Shown here: in pieces, positions 9,906 to 19,955 of the stretch
Layout: the number at the start of each line of letters is the position of its first letter
How positions within the stretch are numbered: the first letter of the stretch is position 1
Virus record (IMG/VR): IMGVR_UViG_3300045988_023742
Location: 37,448 to 101,447 of that record
DNA: 64,000 nucleotides
Source of the DNA: a virus
Reading direction: 5' to 3' (one strand)
Position numbers and translations under genes: made by a program
The notes under the pieces: generated by a model
Databases searched by the model: none
What the model saw: only the letters and a program-made list of their open reading frames with translations
Told to the model about the DNA's origin: nothing

Positions 9906-10630
9906 TTATACTTAGGATTATCAGGCTGTTCAGGATTTGTATTATCCCCATACACAGCCTTAAATTTTTCAAAATCACAGTACTTTATCTTGGTAATAAC
10001 CCTCTCTCCGTTTCTAAACCTAAGACCACAGGTAGTTCTAAGAACTAAGCCCTCTGCATTAAGGTCTTTATCTTCAGAAATCTTAGACTTAAAGCCTTTC
10101 TTAACAAACTCTACAGCCTGTGGAATAGTCATATAGCCAATAAGAGGAACCATAGGTACATTACATTTCTTAGCAATATCTTCACAGTCTTCTCTTTTAA
10201 GCCACCAGTCATTAATCTTGACATCAAAAAGAATGAAATCTACATCCTTGCTTATATACTTTCCACCACACTTTTGAATGCCTGCACCATAGCCTTCACC
10301 ATATATACATACAGTATCTTCAGGTGTCAATACAGGAAATACTTTAGCCCAGTCTACCTTGAAGAAAATACTTTCAAGCTTCTTAACAAGCTTACTAGGA
10401 AGCTCTGCTCTATTAGTTCGACCCTTGATAGTCACACCATAAATCCAAGGTTCTTTACCTTCTCCTGCTACCATAGTTACATAGATTCTGATGTTAGTGC
10501 CATCAATCTTCTCTGTACATTCCCAAAGGCAATCCTTTAAATAACTGAACTCTTCACAAGTATACTGTGAGGGAATAATAACATTCTTACCATCCCTCTT
10601 GAATAATGTATTAATTTTCTGATATTCCAT
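9902..10630 (-). CDS. ATP-dependent RNA ligase (Rnl2-like nucleotidyltransferase)
   Basis: Motif I EKIDGTN, motif III IYGEGYG, motif IV AEGLVLR, motif V ITKIKY. At 242 aa it is too small for a typical DNA ligase. Confidence 0.65.
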   Translation of the reverse strand: MEYQKINTLFKRDGKNVIIPSQYTCEEFSYLKDCLWECTEKIDGTNIRIYVTMVAGEGKEPWIYGVTIKGRTNRAELPSKLVKKLESIFFKVDWAKVFPVLTPEDTVCIYGEGYGAGIQKCGGKYISKDVDFILFDVKINDWWLKREDCEDIAKKCNVPMVPLIGYMTIPQAVEFVKKGFKSKISEDKDLNAEGLVLRTTCGLRFRNGERVITKIKYCDFEKFKAVYGDNTNPEQPDNPKYK

Positions 10631-10850
10631 CTTCTTTTATTTTAATTAACCTATCTGGATAAATGTAATCTGTCCATATATTATTTGAAGTTCTAACAAC
10701 AACAACTTTCTTTGCACATAGCTTCTTTACTCTATACAATTCTACATTGTTGCTATAAGCATAGCCAATAACTAAGTCACCAACATGAAGTTGATGACCT
10801 AGTTTATCTTTGACTACTCTATGTAATTCTTCATATTCCTTCCTTGTCAT
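10611..10850 (-). CDS. hypothetical protein
   Basis: 79-aa ORF in an operon with overlapping ends. Confidence 0.45.
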   Translation of the reverse strand: MTRKEYEELHRVVKDKLGHQLHVGDLVIGYAYSNNVELYRVKKLCAKKVVVVRTSNNIWTDYIYPDRLIKIKEDGISEN

Positions 10851-11085
10851 TTTCTATTCTATTTATTTCATCATTGAGATAAAAGACAGCTTTCTTTAAG
10901 TCTTCTACTCTCTTTTGTTTATCACTCATTCCTTCTTCAGACTTATGACCTGACCTAAGAACATATTTAATTACATTTCCTAGATTGAAGTTCATGTGCC
11001 TAGTAATGTCAATGACCTCTATACCACATAACTTTTTAAGCCAAGTGTAATGAGAAGGATGATTTACTCTATCTGTATTTTCCAT
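10831..11085 (-). CDS. DUF3310-family phage protein
   Basis: NHPSHY...IEVIDI...GNVIKYVLRSGHK...DLKKAVFYL matches the DUF3310 pattern. Confidence 0.6.
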   Translation of the reverse strand: MENTDRVNHPSHYTWLKKLCGIEVIDITRHMNFNLGNVIKYVLRSGHKSEEGMSDKQKRVEDLKKAVFYLNDEINRIENDKEGI

Positions 11086-11096
11086 ATTTTACGCTT

Positions 11097-13157
11097 TTAA
11101 TGAATCCAATATGTTGGTAATGTTCCATCTTTAAGCCTAGATACCTCAGCATCAAGTGGGACAATCCTACAAATAAACTTTCCTGCTTTGACCATACACT
11201 CATGGAGTTTATTAGCAACTTCTTCTGCAATTTCTTCAGGAGCTTCAATATTAAACTCATCATGTGCTGGTATACAGAACTTAACCTTTCCAAACAATCC
11301 ATTCTTTACTACCCAATTGAATAGATTTACTGCACATATCTTAAATATGGCACTTCCCCTGCTCTGAATAGGATAGTTGATTGACTGTCTCTCAGAGGCA
11401 GACTTCCTTTTGAAATAGTGTCTTACCTCCTCGACAATAGGGTTAGTTGGGTCAGTAACTTTAAGTCTTCTGTAGGTATCCCAAAAGTCTTTACCAAACT
11501 TGTCTTGGGTAGACTTCAGCTCGTCATAGTCATATATATAAGCTCTATAACCAACTTCAGGACATGTGTTTATATAGCCTAGCTGCATCACTATCTTTCT
11601 CTGATAAGCTTGATATGCTGCAACTCCCTTGAAACCCTTTCTGTAGTTAGCTTCAATCTGCCTAGCTTCTTCCTCTGGTATATGGTCTCTACCTATAAGA
11701 GTATTAGCATCACCACCATAAGCAAATGTAAACTCAGGAGCCTTAGCTTTCTTTCTCAAGTCAGGTCTAAGCTTCTTAACATCCTCTACAGGAATATCAT
11801 GCAACTCTTCTGGATAAACCATCTTAGCTACCAAGCTATGCAAATCTCCGCAACCATTAGTAAACAAGTCAATCATTGCAGTATCTTTAGCAATATTGGC
11901 AAGGATTACTGATTCCTCTCCACTATAGTCTGCACTAATCCACTTGTTACCCTTCTCAGCACAGAAGCATGCTCTAGTCTCGGCATCAGCAGGAAGATTT
12001 TGTAGATTAACCAATGGTACTTTCTTGCCTGGAATAACCTCTTTATCTTCTCCTCCACCAGAGCTATATCTATGAGTATCTGTTCCTATCTGATTGAAAC
12101 TTGTATGTAATCTTCCAGTGACAGGATTTATAAGGTCAAGGAAGTTCTGACCATAAGTACTTGTTACTTTCTGAGCAGCCTTGAACTCAAGATAGACTTC
12201 AGCTATAGGATGAACACTCTTTTGTCCTTCAATGACTGTTGCATCTACAGATTTCTTTATATCTCCTGTTGCTTTATCTCTTGTCTCAAGCTTAAAACCC
12301 AGTGACTCTAAGAATGGAATTACTTGTCTAGAGCTATTCCAATTGATATTACAAGCTGGACCAGCTTTAACAAAACCAAATAAGTCAGGCTCTACAATCT
12401 TTATGAACTTAGAAAGACTCTTATCTTCCTTATACATATCAACAACAAAGTTATCAAGTCTTTCTTTAGCTTTATCTAGAGCTTCTTGGTCTTTAACCAT
12501 CTTAGCCTTCCACCTTTCAGCATCAAGATTAACTCCACAAAACTCAAAATATGCAGTAGGAAGAATAGCTCTATTTTCTACCTCAAGAGCAAGCTTCTGA
12601 CCTCTGGGGAGAAGAATTTCAAGCTGTTTGTTCATAATATCTTCTAGATACTTAACATCATTGGCAGAGTAAACTATAATCTTATCAGTGAGTTCATTTC
12701 TCCAAATGATTTCACCTCTGACAGATTTATCAAGTTCAATACCTAAATAGTTTTCTCCTGCTGACTTTAAGCTCAAACTATGCATACCACTAGGATAGCC
12801 AAGCCACCTCATCTTCTCAGCTATGAAACCATCATATAGTCTAGTAGGAACAATACCATGATAGAACAAGAACTTTACATCAAATTTCAGATTCCAACCT
12901 ATGAATAATCTGTCTGATTCTAGATATTCCTTATAGAGTGTAACATCAACAGTTGTACAGTCTATTACAACTTGGAAGTCTCGATTGCCAAGCTGTAATA
13001 ATAAGAGCTTCTTGAGAAATGGGCTGAAACCCTGAGTTTCAGTATCTAGACCTACAATAGTTAAAGGATTGAGGAGCCTCAATGACTCCTCAACACTTAT
13101 AACCTTATAGGTTTCACTCTCAAATAAAGTTCTCTGACTAGTTACTAAGTAAATCAT
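11097..13157 (-). CDS. DNA polymerase, family A, with 3'-5' exonuclease domain
   Basis: Exo I VGLDTET, Exo III YSANDVKYL, motif A DYSGEE, motif B RKKAKAPEFTFAYGG, motif C PAHDEF. Confidence 0.9.
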   Translation of the reverse strand: MIYLVTSQRTLFESETYKVISVEESLRLLNPLTIVGLDTETQGFSPFLKKLLLLQLGNRDFQVVIDCTTVDVTLYKEYLESDRLFIGWNLKFDVKFLFYHGIVPTRLYDGFIAEKMRWLGYPSGMHSLSLKSAGENYLGIELDKSVRGEIIWRNELTDKIIVYSANDVKYLEDIMNKQLEILLPRGQKLALEVENRAILPTAYFEFCGVNLDAERWKAKMVKDQEALDKAKERLDNFVVDMYKEDKSLSKFIKIVEPDLFGFVKAGPACNINWNSSRQVIPFLESLGFKLETRDKATGDIKKSVDATVIEGQKSVHPIAEVYLEFKAAQKVTSTYGQNFLDLINPVTGRLHTSFNQIGTDTHRYSSGGGEDKEVIPGKKVPLVNLQNLPADAETRACFCAEKGNKWISADYSGEESVILANIAKDTAMIDLFTNGCGDLHSLVAKMVYPEELHDIPVEDVKKLRPDLRKKAKAPEFTFAYGGDANTLIGRDHIPEEEARQIEANYRKGFKGVAAYQAYQRKIVMQLGYINTCPEVGYRAYIYDYDELKSTQDKFGKDFWDTYRRLKVTDPTNPIVEEVRHYFKRKSASERQSINYPIQSRGSAIFKICAVNLFNWVVKNGLFGKVKFCIPAHDEFNIEAPEEIAEEVANKLHECMVKAGKFICRIVPLDAEVSRLKDGTLPTYWIH

Positions 13158-13180
13158 GTCTTAACTTCTATTAGGTAGCT

Positions 13181-13693
13181 TTATTTTGTTCTCTTGCATT
13201 TTCTCTTAGAATAAGCTACAAGTTCTTTGAAATCCATAACATAGTCATATCTACTAAGGAAATCTCCACCAAGAACTCCATGTATTTCAATGTTAAAATC
13301 CTTCTTTATAGCTTCTAATTGCTGAGCAAGCTGTTCTGTAACTATAAAATCAGAATCATAGAACTCTTTATTATATTCTAACTTAAGAATACAATGCTTA
13401 TTATTGTTTAGCATGCCACCTGCACCTACAGTTTGAACATCCTCTCCAATATTCTCTAATTTTCCTCCTATATAGTTTACTGCTTCTGGACTTATATGAG
13501 AATATGAACTTCCTGAATCAAGAAGGAAATGCAATTTCTTCTCATTACAAACAAAGGTTATAATGGGAATGTTAAGTAAGTCCATAGTCTCCTTAAATGA
13601 AATCTTCCTATAATTTTCATGGTCTTCAACCATATTTATGAAGATTGCAATAAGAATAATTAGCAGAAATATAATTATCAGCTTAAATATCAT
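13181..13693 (-). CDS. membrane-anchored retropepsin-like aspartic protease
   Basis: N-terminal TM helix, FLLDSGSS (DSG active-site motif), and GVLGGDFL near the C-terminus. Confidence 0.5.
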   Translation of the reverse strand: MIFKLIIIFLLIILIAIFINMVEDHENYRKISFKETMDLLNIPIITFVCNEKKLHFLLDSGSSYSHISPEAVNYIGGKLENIGEDVQTVGAGGMLNNNKHCILKLEYNKEFYDSDFIVTEQLAQQLEAIKKDFNIEIHGVLGGDFLSRYDYVMDFKELVAYSKRKCKRTK

Positions 13694-14223
13694 TACTTAA
13701 CTCCTGTTTTTCCATGACCACCTCTGTCTGCATTACCAAGATTATCAACCCACTCAAACTCTATCTTACTAGAGAAAAGCCACTTAAGCTTCTGCCACAT
13801 GGTTGCAAACTGATTAGGCACAATTTCAAATTGACAAATTCTATCTCCCTTATGAATAGTAATATCATCTATTGAATAACAATAGAATCCCCACTCATCA
13901 TTATCTCCACAATACTTACCATCAATAAAGCCAGATGAAGCCATTACAAGTCTCAACTTCTTAGTGGTAGAACTCCTCTGCTTTATCTTTGTACTAAAGC
14001 CCTTAGGCAACTGCATTGCAATACCAAGCTTAATCAACTTCTCATCAAACTTGACCTTTCTCCTCTTGATACCATCTTTCTGTCTAAGAATATCTGCCAT
14101 AGGAGCTTCAAATGTATAGTCTTCTGCTGCTCTAAGGTCAATACAATCACCATCTGGGTTAATAAAGGGAGCCTCATTATTTGTATAAAGTCCCTTTACA
14201 AGTTCTTTTACTTTAATTTTCAT
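13693..14223 (-). CDS. dut: dUTPase
   Basis: IDLRAAE, SSGFIDGKY, GDRICQ and C-terminal RGGHGKTG resemble trimeric dUTPase motifs 1, 3, 4 and 5. Confidence 0.75.
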   Translation of the reverse strand: MKIKVKELVKGLYTNNEAPFINPDGDCIDLRAAEDYTFEAPMADILRQKDGIKRRKVKFDEKLIKLGIAMQLPKGFSTKIKQRSSTTKKLRLVMASSGFIDGKYCGDNDEWGFYCYSIDDITIHKGDRICQFEIVPNQFATMWQKLKWLFSSKIEFEWVDNLGNADRGGHGKTGVK

Positions 14224-14242
14224 TTTACTTTATTTTATACAG

Positions 14243-14265
14243 AAAAAGGTAGCATTTCTGCTACC
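14243..14265 (-). terminator. rho-independent terminator after nrdG
   Basis: GGTAGCA-4 nt-TGCTACC flanked by an A-run and a T-run (bidirectional shape). Confidence 0.55.
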
Positions 14266-14272
14266 TTTTATA

Positions 14273-14743
14273 TTATCTCCAAAATTTTGCTGTTATGTCT
14301 TTCTTAAAAACTTTACCTTGTATAACATCTATTTCAAGCATTACTTGATTAGTTGTTCTACAATTAAGGGGTCCCTTATCTTTAATATAAGGACCAAGCT
14401 TAATATAGTTAAAGTTTTCAAGTTCTATCTCTTTACTTAGTTCCTGCCTTCCACTATACCATGCTACCTTAAGCTCTGGATAATACTCCTTTATATCCTG
14501 TGCAATATCATCTACTTCACTTGGATTAGCATCACCTCCCATTATACAAACGCAACTTATTCCATTATTGCTATCAATAAGGTTGGTTAATGCTTCTAAA
14601 TTAAGAGATTTTCCTATATCTTCTGCTAGGTAAGAAGAATGACATTCTTCACAATGACAAGGGCAGTTGCTTATATTAATACATAGTGTGATTTCATCAG
14701 GAATTTCAGTAAAAGTAACTTTACTATCTACATATTTTAGCAT
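14273..14743 (-). CDS. nrdG: anaerobic ribonucleotide reductase activating protein (radical SAM)
   Basis: Cys cluster CPCHCEECH near the N-terminus. Lies immediately downstream of nrdD with ATGA-type coupling. Confidence 0.75.
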   Translation of the reverse strand: MLKYVDSKVTFTEIPDEITLCINISNCPCHCEECHSSYLAEDIGKSLNLEALTNLIDSNNGISCVCIMGGDANPSEVDDIAQDIKEYYPELKVAWYSGRQELSKEIELENFNYIKLGPYIKDKGPLNCRTTNQVMLEIDVIQGKVFKKDITAKFWR

Positions 14744-16917
14744 TACTCTATGTGTTCATAAATTCTTTTCTCAAACTCCTCTTGCCTAGGACTGCTCCAA
14801 TTATCTACTGCTGTAAGATACCCTATAATTCTTGTATAGTACTTTAAACTCTTACTGTGACAAATAGGACATTCCTTGATAGGGGCATTAACTATATGGT
14901 GACACTCCTTACACTCTGAGATAGGAATATTAAAGGTATAATAATTACAACCTTCTTCCTTAGCTATATCCATCAACTTAAGGTACTGTTCTTTGCTAAG
15001 ATGTGTATCTAAGTTAATATGACAAGCTTGACCTCCACTGAGTGCAGTGCTCACTTGCCTACCATGTAATTTAATCTTATCTAGTACTGAAGTATCATCC
15101 CAAGGATTATAGAAGTAACAGTTATAGAGATTTTGGTCTTCAGGAACAATATAACCATCCTTTTTATCCCACTTATACAACTTCACTCCTAGGTTTTCTC
15201 CAGGAATAGCTTCTATATTAAACAAGAAAGGTCTCTTTTTATCATTGATATTATGAGCTTTTACTTCCTCCTTAATAACATTAAATATAATAGAGAGGAA
15301 CTTCTTATATTCCTCATTATTATTAGTATTAATGCCTAAGAATTTAGCAGCTTCAAAATAACCAATAACACCTATGGTAGAGTATAGTTTCTTCATGTAA
15401 ATATAGCCACCATTAGATGAAGCAAGCATACCTTTATCCTCCATATCATACAACATTGTCTTATAAGCTATATGATACTTAAATACTCTCTCAAGTATAT
15501 CCTGGATATAAGCCCTAAGTCCCACATAAGGAATATCTTTATTCTTCCTAAACTCCTCAAGGTTATTCTCCTTATAGAAGTCTTGTATAATCCTATTAAG
15601 GTTAAGGGTAATAACATTACAACTGCCAGTCATTACACCTGTCATACCTGTTGTGGAGCTAAATATATTATCTGACATCTCATTGAGAACTCTACAGCAA
15701 CTTGCTAATGATGTAGGATTATCACTATTATAGCAGAAGAAGCTACCTCCTTTAGACCACTCTTCAGCACAGAGTTCCTTATAGTCTCTATCAAGAAACT
15801 CCTTATTATTGTGAACTAATGCCATAGTAGTTACAGGGAATGTAATAGGTTTAATAAGCCTTATACCTCTCATTAATTTCATAGACATTCTCTGCAAGGT
15901 ATCTATTGCTTTCCATTCAGGTTGTGTACCGTCTGGATAATAGAAATCACCAAATAATGACTCAAAGTAATATTTATCATACCAAGAGATATTAGTAAAT
16001 GGACTATTATAGCTTCTATTACCTGCTGGCTGATTAACTCCCCAAATGAATTGCTTCATTCCTTTTTCAATAGCATTTCTTATAGTTCTAGAGATAAGAC
16101 AATGGGGTGAAGTGACTTCACAGTCCAACTTTTCATACCATTTAGGTCCAAACTCCTTAACTACATAATAGTTGAGTGCAATAAAGTAGTCACCAAAAGC
16201 AACTGCTCCCTTACATTGAGAAGACAATAAGAATGCTAAGTTAGTAATCTGACCACTAAATGATTGAATATCATTAGGCTCAGTAGGAGTGACCCCATCA
16301 ATATTACCAACACCCTCAAGCATCAATGGATAAAGAGTTACTGCCATACAATAAGGCTTCAATACAGGAGTAGAGGCTTCATCATGGGTATAAATAATAT
16401 GATGTTCCAAGTCTACTTCATATTGTTTTGCAACCTCAGGAAATATCCTATAGAGCATATCTTTCATCCTCTGTCTTTGAATAATCCTATTGGTACTCTT
16501 GTAAACCTCACCCTCAAGATTAGCTACATTCTTTGAAGCTACATTTGAATTAGGGTCAGTCTCTGAAGAACTAGCAGCATTATCATCAGAATCTGCATAG
16601 TTAGACATATAATCAATCCTTTCTCTAATAAATCTAGACTCTTCATGCTTATTTCTATAAATAATATAAGCCTTTGCTACATCATAAGGTGCTAAATCCA
16701 TAAGAATCTTCTCTACTTCTGTCTGTATAGTAGCAACTCCTACTGTACTAGCCCCTACATGATAAGAAGGAATATAGGCTAATTCCTTCAAAACTTCTTC
16801 ATCAGGCTCTTTACCTTGAGAAGCATAAGCCTTCTTGACAGAATTGATTATTTTATTCAAATCAAACTCTTCAAGTTGGCTTGCTTTATCTTTCTTTGTT
16901 CTTTTTAATACTTTCAT
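14743..16917 (-). CDS. nrdD: anaerobic (class III) ribonucleotide reductase
   Basis: 724 aa with an N-terminal ATP-cone-like region, a C-terminal CKECHH...CPICHS zinc site and a glycyl-radical-type RIIGYL. Confidence 0.85.
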   Translation of the reverse strand: MKVLKRTKKDKASQLEEFDLNKIINSVKKAYASQGKEPDEEVLKELAYIPSYHVGASTVGVATIQTEVEKILMDLAPYDVAKAYIIYRNKHEESRFIRERIDYMSNYADSDDNAASSSETDPNSNVASKNVANLEGEVYKSTNRIIQRQRMKDMLYRIFPEVAKQYEVDLEHHIIYTHDEASTPVLKPYCMAVTLYPLMLEGVGNIDGVTPTEPNDIQSFSGQITNLAFLLSSQCKGAVAFGDYFIALNYYVVKEFGPKWYEKLDCEVTSPHCLISRTIRNAIEKGMKQFIWGVNQPAGNRSYNSPFTNISWYDKYYFESLFGDFYYPDGTQPEWKAIDTLQRMSMKLMRGIRLIKPITFPVTTMALVHNNKEFLDRDYKELCAEEWSKGGSFFCYNSDNPTSLASCCRVLNEMSDNIFSSTTGMTGVMTGSCNVITLNLNRIIQDFYKENNLEEFRKNKDIPYVGLRAYIQDILERVFKYHIAYKTMLYDMEDKGMLASSNGGYIYMKKLYSTIGVIGYFEAAKFLGINTNNNEEYKKFLSIIFNVIKEEVKAHNINDKKRPFLFNIEAIPGENLGVKLYKWDKKDGYIVPEDQNLYNCYFYNPWDDTSVLDKIKLHGRQVSTALSGGQACHINLDTHLSKEQYLKLMDIAKEEGCNYYTFNIPISECKECHHIVNAPIKECPICHSKSLKYYTRIIGYLTAVDNWSSPRQEEFEKRIYEHIE

Positions 16918-17966
16918 ATTTTATTAATCCAATCTTCAAGTTGATTAGGACTTACCTTACTTATACCATCTGGAACAGTAGGTTTATCCTTTAGGTAATG
17001 TGACAGTTCCTCACCTATTGTAAATGGGTCTCTAAGAATTATCTTTGTAACCTTGCCAAGTGTTAAGTCTCCCATAGTTTCAGTTGACCTAAAATTCCAT
17101 ACAAGTGGTGTTAGAGTTCTTTTATTTGCTACTATGAACTTATAAGGAGCTAATTTGAAATCCTTAAAATAAGGGTCTCTATCCATATTGTCTCTTATGA
17201 TTCTCCAATATAGTCTAGCCTGTATGTCATAATGCCATTCAATGAAACTCTTATAGAAATCCCACTCTGTTTTAGAACTAGTCTTTAAATCTACAGGGAC
17301 AACTAATTTCTTATCATGAAATACAATTATCTCATCAGCCATACATCTGTAATCAATACCATTGAAAGTTGCTTTGAACTTTAACTGATAAAACCTTTGT
17401 ATACTATCATCAAACATATTGTCTGGCTCAAAGTAGAATTTGGTTGCATCAGAAGTCTCAAGCTTATCTACAGTATTTTGAACATCATTATAAGTCTGAG
17501 TACTGATAATTTTCTTTCCATCAGCTAAATATAATAGACCATAGTACCCAGCACAGTCTTCTTTAATCTTCTTAGCTCTTGTCTTGGGTAACCAATGATT
17601 ATTCCACTGTATATCTTCGATAGATGTTATAATATCATCATCAGGAATATCCTTTAGTGCATGATATTTATCCTTGAAGTCATTAAACAGCTTCTTAACA
17701 ATGGTAACAAGAGTATCTGAAAGACTATTGTCAAGCTCTGCTACCATAAATAGTTGATTAAACTCTTCCTCATTACCAGTAATAAGAGTATCAACACAAG
17801 AGCCAAAAACAAGAGAAGGAGTATCTATCCTATCAAATAGTTTGTCTAGGTTATTAAATCCTTCTCTTTCATAGCGTGCTAAAGTACTATATGACAAGGC
17901 AGGGTCTGCTCTATAAGTAGGCTCATCTACCCGCCAAGATATGTCTCTTAAGCTTTTTCTTTCCAT
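16914..17966 (-). CDS. PD-(D/E)XK-type nuclease (RecB/YqaJ-like)
   Basis: MADEII...VVPVDLKTS fits D...(D/E)xK. Sits in the replication/recombination gene context. Confidence 0.45.
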   Translation of the reverse strand: MERKSLRDISWRVDEPTYRADPALSYSTLARYEREGFNNLDKLFDRIDTPSLVFGSCVDTLITGNEEEFNQLFMVAELDNSLSDTLVTIVKKLFNDFKDKYHALKDIPDDDIITSIEDIQWNNHWLPKTRAKKIKEDCAGYYGLLYLADGKKIISTQTYNDVQNTVDKLETSDATKFYFEPDNMFDDSIQRFYQLKFKATFNGIDYRCMADEIIVFHDKKLVVPVDLKTSSKTEWDFYKSFIEWHYDIQARLYWRIIRDNMDRDPYFKDFKLAPYKFIVANKRTLTPLVWNFRSTETMGDLTLGKVTKIILRDPFTIGEELSHYLKDKPTVPDGISKVSPNQLEDWINKI

Positions 17967-18250
17967 TAAAATTCCTCTTCTAAGTCATTAGAAATATCAG
18001 ATAAATCCAAGTAAGAGGTATACTCTCTTACATCAAGAGTTAGCTGCTCTAACTGACCTCTATCCACATTTAACCACTTATCTTTATGTACATCTTTGTA
18101 ATCATCCCTCTTCTTCATAATAAGACAAGATTCTACTATTTCAAGAAGATTCTCAAATTGTCTATTCCTTAGGAACTGATTACATAGCTCTACATCTTTA
18201 GGTGGTAGACATTGTAGATTCTGTTGAATCCTTTGATAAAGTTGGTTCAT
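17966..18250 (-). CDS. hypothetical protein
   Basis: 94-aa ORF, start/stop coupled to the downstream gene. Confidence 0.45.
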   Translation of the reverse strand: MNQLYQRIQQNLQCLPPKDVELCNQFLRNRQFENLLEIVESCLIMKKRDDYKDVHKDKWLNVDRGQLEQLTLDVREYTSYLDLSDISNDLEEEF

Positions 18251-18737
18251 ACTCCCTGATTATTTCTATAGCTTGAAGTAGCTGTTTCTTAGTATATATC
18301 TCGAAGTATATTGAATGTTGTTTGGTTTTAATAAACCAATCATCTAGGTACTTTATAAACAGTTTCTTCTTTATATAGAAGACATCATTTTCTATACCTT
18401 TAGCTTCAATATATACATCTAATTTACCATACCTAAAGTAGAAGTCTGGTGTATATCTAATACCAACAATCTTACCTGTCTTTAATACCAACATTCTATT
18501 TTTTACAGTGTCACCACCTTCAATTCTCTTAGCCTGCTGAGTATCTGTTTCTTTATCATAGAATGGAGTTAATGGCATGAATCCACCCCATAATTCATAG
18601 GTTCTAGGCTCATATTGTGGATTAAATCCCTGCTCTACAAGAGTATTATAAACACTCTTTTCAAGCTGGGATTTAAAGGTCAGATTGCCAGACTTGCACT
18701 CTGTGGCATTTCTGATTTTCTTATTACTTTTAGGCAT
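18198..18737 (-). CDS. T7 endonuclease I-like Holliday junction resolvase
   Basis: FKSQLEKSVYNTLVEQGF..., RYTPDFYF and VYIEAKG parallel T7 gp3 (FRSGLEDKVSKQLESKGI, YTPDF, VETKG). Start trimmed to MPKSNKK. Confidence 0.7.
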   Translation of the reverse strand: MPKSNKKIRNATECKSGNLTFKSQLEKSVYNTLVEQGFNPQYEPRTYELWGGFMPLTPFYDKETDTQQAKRIEGGDTVKNRMLVLKTGKIVGIRYTPDFYFRYGKLDVYIEAKGIENDVFYIKKKLFIKYLDDWFIKTKQHSIYFEIYTKKQLLQAIEIIREYEPTLSKDSTESTMSTT

Positions 18738-19260
18738 TACTGAAAATTGACTTAAGATGCTCTCTGATAAGACTGAAAGCAATCTTAGCATCCTCAATAC
18801 TTCTGAAAGCAGGAAATGCCTTATAATTCTTTACAGTCTTCTTGTTGACTTCATGAATCCTTCCATCCTGAGGAGAGATAGCATAAATCTTCTCACTCTT
18901 ATTGATGTGGTCATCATATTTCTTATCAAGCTCAATGGCAATCTCTCTCAACACCATCTGGGTTGCAGCCCAAGGATTAGCAAGGTGAAGAGTAGCAAGG
19001 ATATTCAAGAGTTTCTCCTCCTTCCAATTAGTTTTCTTAGCAAGGCTCTTGATAGCATCATTCCAAATCTTATTGATACCATTCTCCTCTACTACATTTA
19101 CTTTACCATCCTTAATAAGCTTACCCATAAGCTCCTTGGTAACAACAGCAACTCTCTGAACTTTTGCTACACTAAGAGGAGTATTTACATTTTCTATAAT
19201 AAGGACTTTATCACCAAAATTAATCTCTTTGCCACTATTGGCTAAAATAAACTTCTTCAT
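18730..19260 (-). CDS. hypothetical protein
   Basis: 176-aa ORF. The plus-strand ORF 18757-19245 is its antisense shadow. Confidence 0.5.
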   Translation of the reverse strand: MKKFILANSGKEINFGDKVLIIENVNTPLSVAKVQRVAVVTKELMGKLIKDGKVNVVEENGINKIWNDAIKSLAKKTNWKEEKLLNILATLHLANPWAATQMVLREIAIELDKKYDDHINKSEKIYAISPQDGRIHEVNKKTVKNYKAFPAFRSIEDAKIAFSLIREHLKSIFSNA

Positions 19261-19277
19261 CTTTTCTTTGTATTTAA

Positions 19278-19955
19278 TTAAAACTTTTCTTCTTTAAACC
19301 ACTCTATCCTTTCTCCATAAAGGTCATAGAGTATTTTATTTATATCCTTCCATATATGATAAGGCATCTTTTTGTTTGTTCTTGCAAAGTATGCAGGATG
19401 TTCAATCTTGAGCACATAATTGTTCTTACTGATATAAGGCTCTAATATCTGAGCTTGACTACCAAATAAAACATAGATAATTCCTGGATTAATCATTGAC
19501 ATCTGCTTTAAGAAAGCAATCATAAAGGGTCTCCATTTCATCATGTGAACACCTATCTTACCAACCTCTGTAGTCAATGCTGAATTAATCATAAGAATAC
19601 CTTGTTTAGCCCAACTCTCTAAAGTGGGGTCAAAGGTAATCAAATTATGTGGAATCTCAAAATTTATAACTGATTCTTTTATTATTTGTAAGGAAGGAGA
19701 TAATTTATTTTCTGGAGTATCAGATGAATTACCAAATAGAACTCCCTGAGCCACACCTCTTTGAGGATATGGGTCTTGACTTATAAAGACAACTCTACAT
19801 TTATTATAAGAACAAAGCTTGAATGCTTTAAACACATCTTTTATTGATGGGCATAGAGTAGATTGATTAATATTTCTTAACCAACCCATTATCTTCATAG
19901 TTTCATTTCTATCTAGTACTTTCATCCAATCTCCAAAATACTCATCTATTGTCAT
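19278..19955 (-). CDS. ung: uracil-DNA glycosylase (family 1-like)
   Basis: SQDPYPQRGVAQGVLFG resembles GQDPYH...AHGLCFS, and EHPA resembles the HPSPLS region. Confidence 0.65.
   Translation of the reverse strand: MTIDEYFGDWMKVLDRNETMKIMGWLRNINQSTLCPSIKDVFKAFKLCSYNKCRVVFISQDPYPQRGVAQGVLFGNSSDTPENKLSPSLQIIKESVINFEIPHNLITFDPTLESWAKQGILMINSALTTEVGKIGVHMMKWRPFMIAFLKQMSMINPGIIYVLFGSQAQILEPYISKNNYVLKIEHPAYFARTNKKMPYHIWKDINKILYDLYGERIEWFKEEKF

Noticed and set aside
11069-11302. A 77-aa minus-strand ORF overlapping the 3' end of the DNA polymerase gene.
   Set aside because: It lies almost entirely inside polA in another frame and has no independent signals.
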